The notes under the pieces: model-generated
The model's database searches: none
Seen by the model: the letters and a program-made list of their open reading frames with translations, nothing else
What the model was told of the DNA's origin: nothing
Translations under genes and position numbers: made by a program
In this document: positions 62,092 through 64,000 of the stretch, one piece after another
How the letters are laid out: each line of letters starts with the position of its first letter
Position numbering within the stretch: the first letter of the stretch is position 1
Origin: an uncultured Chloroflexia bacterium
Lineage (GTDB): Bacteria; Chloroflexota; Anaerolineae; JAAYZQ01
NCBI GenBank assembly: GCA_963700285.1
Contig: CAVOXA010000005.1
Span: 32,001-96,000, forward strand
Length of the DNA: 64,000 nucleotides
Reading direction: 5' to 3'

Positions 62092-64000
62092 TCACCGCCG
62101 TGGCTTTGCTCTCATGGACCGCAGTGCTGTGCCCGCTAGCAGGAGCGCGGCCCCCAGCATCGCCAGCCCCAGGGCCAGGATCGGAGTGGTAAGCTCGCCA
62201 CCCGTATCAGGAGGCTCGGTCACGAGTGTTACGGTGGCGTCATCCTGTCCGGTCGCTTCGCGCTGAATCGAGTCTATGACCGTGGCCGTGATGGTGTCGG
62301 TCACCATGAGGCCGACTTGGCCTTCCACGACAGCCTCAAACGTGCAGGTGTAGCTGTCTCCTGGTTGGATGACATCACCAAGCGCACAGGTACTGTTGGC
62401 AATCTGTGTGTTGCTCGCGTCGGTTGGGTCGCCATAGACATCATCTGTCAGGGCCCTGAGGCGAACAGGTACGCCCTCTGCGCTACCGTTGGTGACGTCA
62501 ACAAGGTATTGGATTGTGTCGCTGGGTACGTAGGCGACCTCGGGATCTGCCGTCTTGGTCACGGTGATGAGTAGGGGCGGTGCGGCGGTGATGGTTACGG
62601 TTGCGGTATCGCTGGCCTGTACCAGTGTGCCATTGGCGGCCGCGGCCTCAGTAGTCACCGGGTCCACCGACCCACTGGCAGTAGTGATCTGCGCCGTGGC
62701 GGTCACTGTGTCGGTCACAAGGTCGCCGGCGCTGCCCTCTACCCGGGCCTGGAAGGTGCACTGGTAGCTGCCACCTTGTTGGATGGTCTGGTCCAGTTGG
62801 CAGGTGCTGTTGGCAATCTCCGTGTTGCCTGGGTCGGTCAGGTCGCCATGGGGCGCGTCGTCCAGGCCGGTGAGGTCCGCCGCAATGTTGGCCACGCTGT
62901 CATTCTCCACCAGCACGGTGTAGGTCACCCGGCCCCGCGGCTCCATGACGGTGAGTGGTTCGACCGACTTGGTCACGGTGATACTGAGCACCGGCTCGTC
63001 GACAAAGGTACACAAGATGGCCTCTTCTGCGGCCAGCGCAATCCTGACGTTGGTCTCACCGTATTCGACGCGGCTGCTGTCCTGACCTTCGCACGTGATC
63101 TGCTGAAGACCCCAGCCCGCTGGTACCGTTTCGCTAAAGATGTAGGTCGCGTCGGGCGCCAGCCCGGTGAACGCTTGCTCACCGCCATGTGCCAGCGCAA
63201 AAGATGCCGGCGTGTCGTTGCTGGTGAATGCAAAGTCCCCAGCTATGCCAGGTGGGTCCGTCTGTTTCAGGATCGTGATACCATCTTCTCTTCGGGTGTT
63301 GGTGAAGGTACAGACGATGTCGTCGTCAGGCTGAAGCGACACCGCGTGGGGGCCAGGTCCGCTGCCACTGCCGGCCGTATCGGTCGTGCCGCGGTACACA
63401 CAATCCAGCGAGATGGCATAGTCGGGCAGAGCGGTCTCGCTGCCTGCCGTTTCACTAACTTGGTGCGTCGCACCTGGCTCAACACTCGTGCCTGCCGTGA
63501 CGGTTACGACTCCCGTGGTACCCAGGTCACCCACGCCTTCAACTGAGTCGGTATCGTCAATGTAGAGGTTAAAGAGACCTGGGTCCTCTTTCGGCTCGAG
63601 GCTCTTGACCAGTTCGATGTGGGCGGTTTGCAGGATGTACAACCCCGCAAGGTCGATGGCGCCTGCCCGACACTTGGAAGTCTCGTCCGGGACCGTGTCA
63701 CCTTCATCAGTGCAGTCAGTCGTCGGGTTGATGTCCCAGCTAATGACTGTTCCAACATCGGCAATGCCATTGCCGTCGCTGTCCTGACAGGTTAGTGTGA
63801 TGGTCTTGTTCTCGTTGAGGTAGTAGTAGGCGCTGGCTTCCCGCTGGATGTCACCACAGTCGTCTTCTCTGGCCAGCTCGCCGTTGTAGAATGGCCCAAA
63901 ACCGCCGGTCAGATCCAAATCCTCGTTGCTGGTCGAGACGGGGTGCAGGTAGTCGCGGAAGCAGGTAGTGCCGCGGTCAAGGGCATTCCCACCGTCATCC
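62092..64000 (-). CDS. Large cell-surface protein with SpaA/prealbumin-like and DUF11-like Ig repeats and C-terminal PPDTG-TM-basic tail; 5' end beyond window
   Basis: Frame open to the window edge; CTFTN, ITVTK...VTY.V.V.N and CTF.A.V.G repeats; EPPDTG-GELTTPILALGLAMLGAALLLAGTAL-RSMRAKPRR. Confidence 0.85.
   Translation of the reverse strand, partial: DDGGNALDRGTTCFRDYLHPVSTSNEDLDLTGGFGPFYNGELAREDDCGDIQREASAYYYLNENKTITLTCQDSDGNGIADVGTVISWDINPTTDCTDEGDTVPDETSKCRAGAIDLAGLYILQTAHIELVKSLEPKEDPGLFNLYIDDTDSVEGVGDLGTTGVVTVTAGTSVEPGATHQVSETAGSETALPDYAISLDCVYRGTTDTAGSGSGPGPHAVSLQPDDDIVCTFTNTRREDGITILKQTDPPGIAGDFAFTSNDTPASFALAHGGEQAFTGLAPDATYIFSETVPAGWGLQQITCEGQDSSRVEYGETNVRIALAAEEAILCTFVDEPVLSITVTKSVEPLTVMEPRGRVTYTVLVENDSVANIAADLTGLDDAPHGDLTDPGNTEIANSTCQLDQTIQQGGSYQCTFQARVEGSAGDLVTDTVTATAQITTASGSVDPVTTEAAAANGTLVQASDTATVTITAAPPLLITVTKTADPEVAYVPSDTIQYLVDVTNGSAEGVPVRLRALTDDVYGDPTDASNTQIANSTCALGDVIQPGDSYTCTFEAVVEGQVGLMVTDTITATVIDSIQREATGQDDATVTLVTEPPDTGGELTTPILALGLAMLGAALLLAGTALRSMRAKPRR

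Overview
GC-rich bacterial chromosomal segment, most consistent with an anaerobic Chloroflexota (Anaerolineae-like) genome. This is inferred from the META/S41 and NBR1-Ig lipoproteins, an 'FLPIM' secreted protein, a sortase-type tail and the gene style. It holds about 50 genes: an MFS transporter, envelope proteases and lipoproteins, three histidine-kinase systems, two ABC exporter operons, a pentein (amidinotransferase/DDAH)-M20-GATase block, a truncated IS110 abutting a larC fragment, pstSCABB-phoU, and CDGSH, sulfatase, clostripain, deacetylase and surface-protein genes. Single-base frameshifts cluster in blocks (about 22.6-24.4, 27.7-35.2, 44.6-48.3 and 51.5-54.6 kb) and look like long-read consensus errors. 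No rRNA, tRNA or CRISPR array was seen. Best novelty candidates: (1) an operon in which an ECF-transporter S-component is fused as the sensor of a hybrid kinase, followed by a REC-only protein and a wHTH/HhH-SF2 helicase; (2) a Reg_prop/Y_Y_Y beta-propeller kinase lacking both signal peptide and TM helix; (3) an unannotated ~100-bp non-coding module duplicated 13.9 kb apart upstream of two envelope genes; (4) an ABC ATPase fused to a cNMP-binding domain. All assignments are from motif recognition by eye; no database searches were run.
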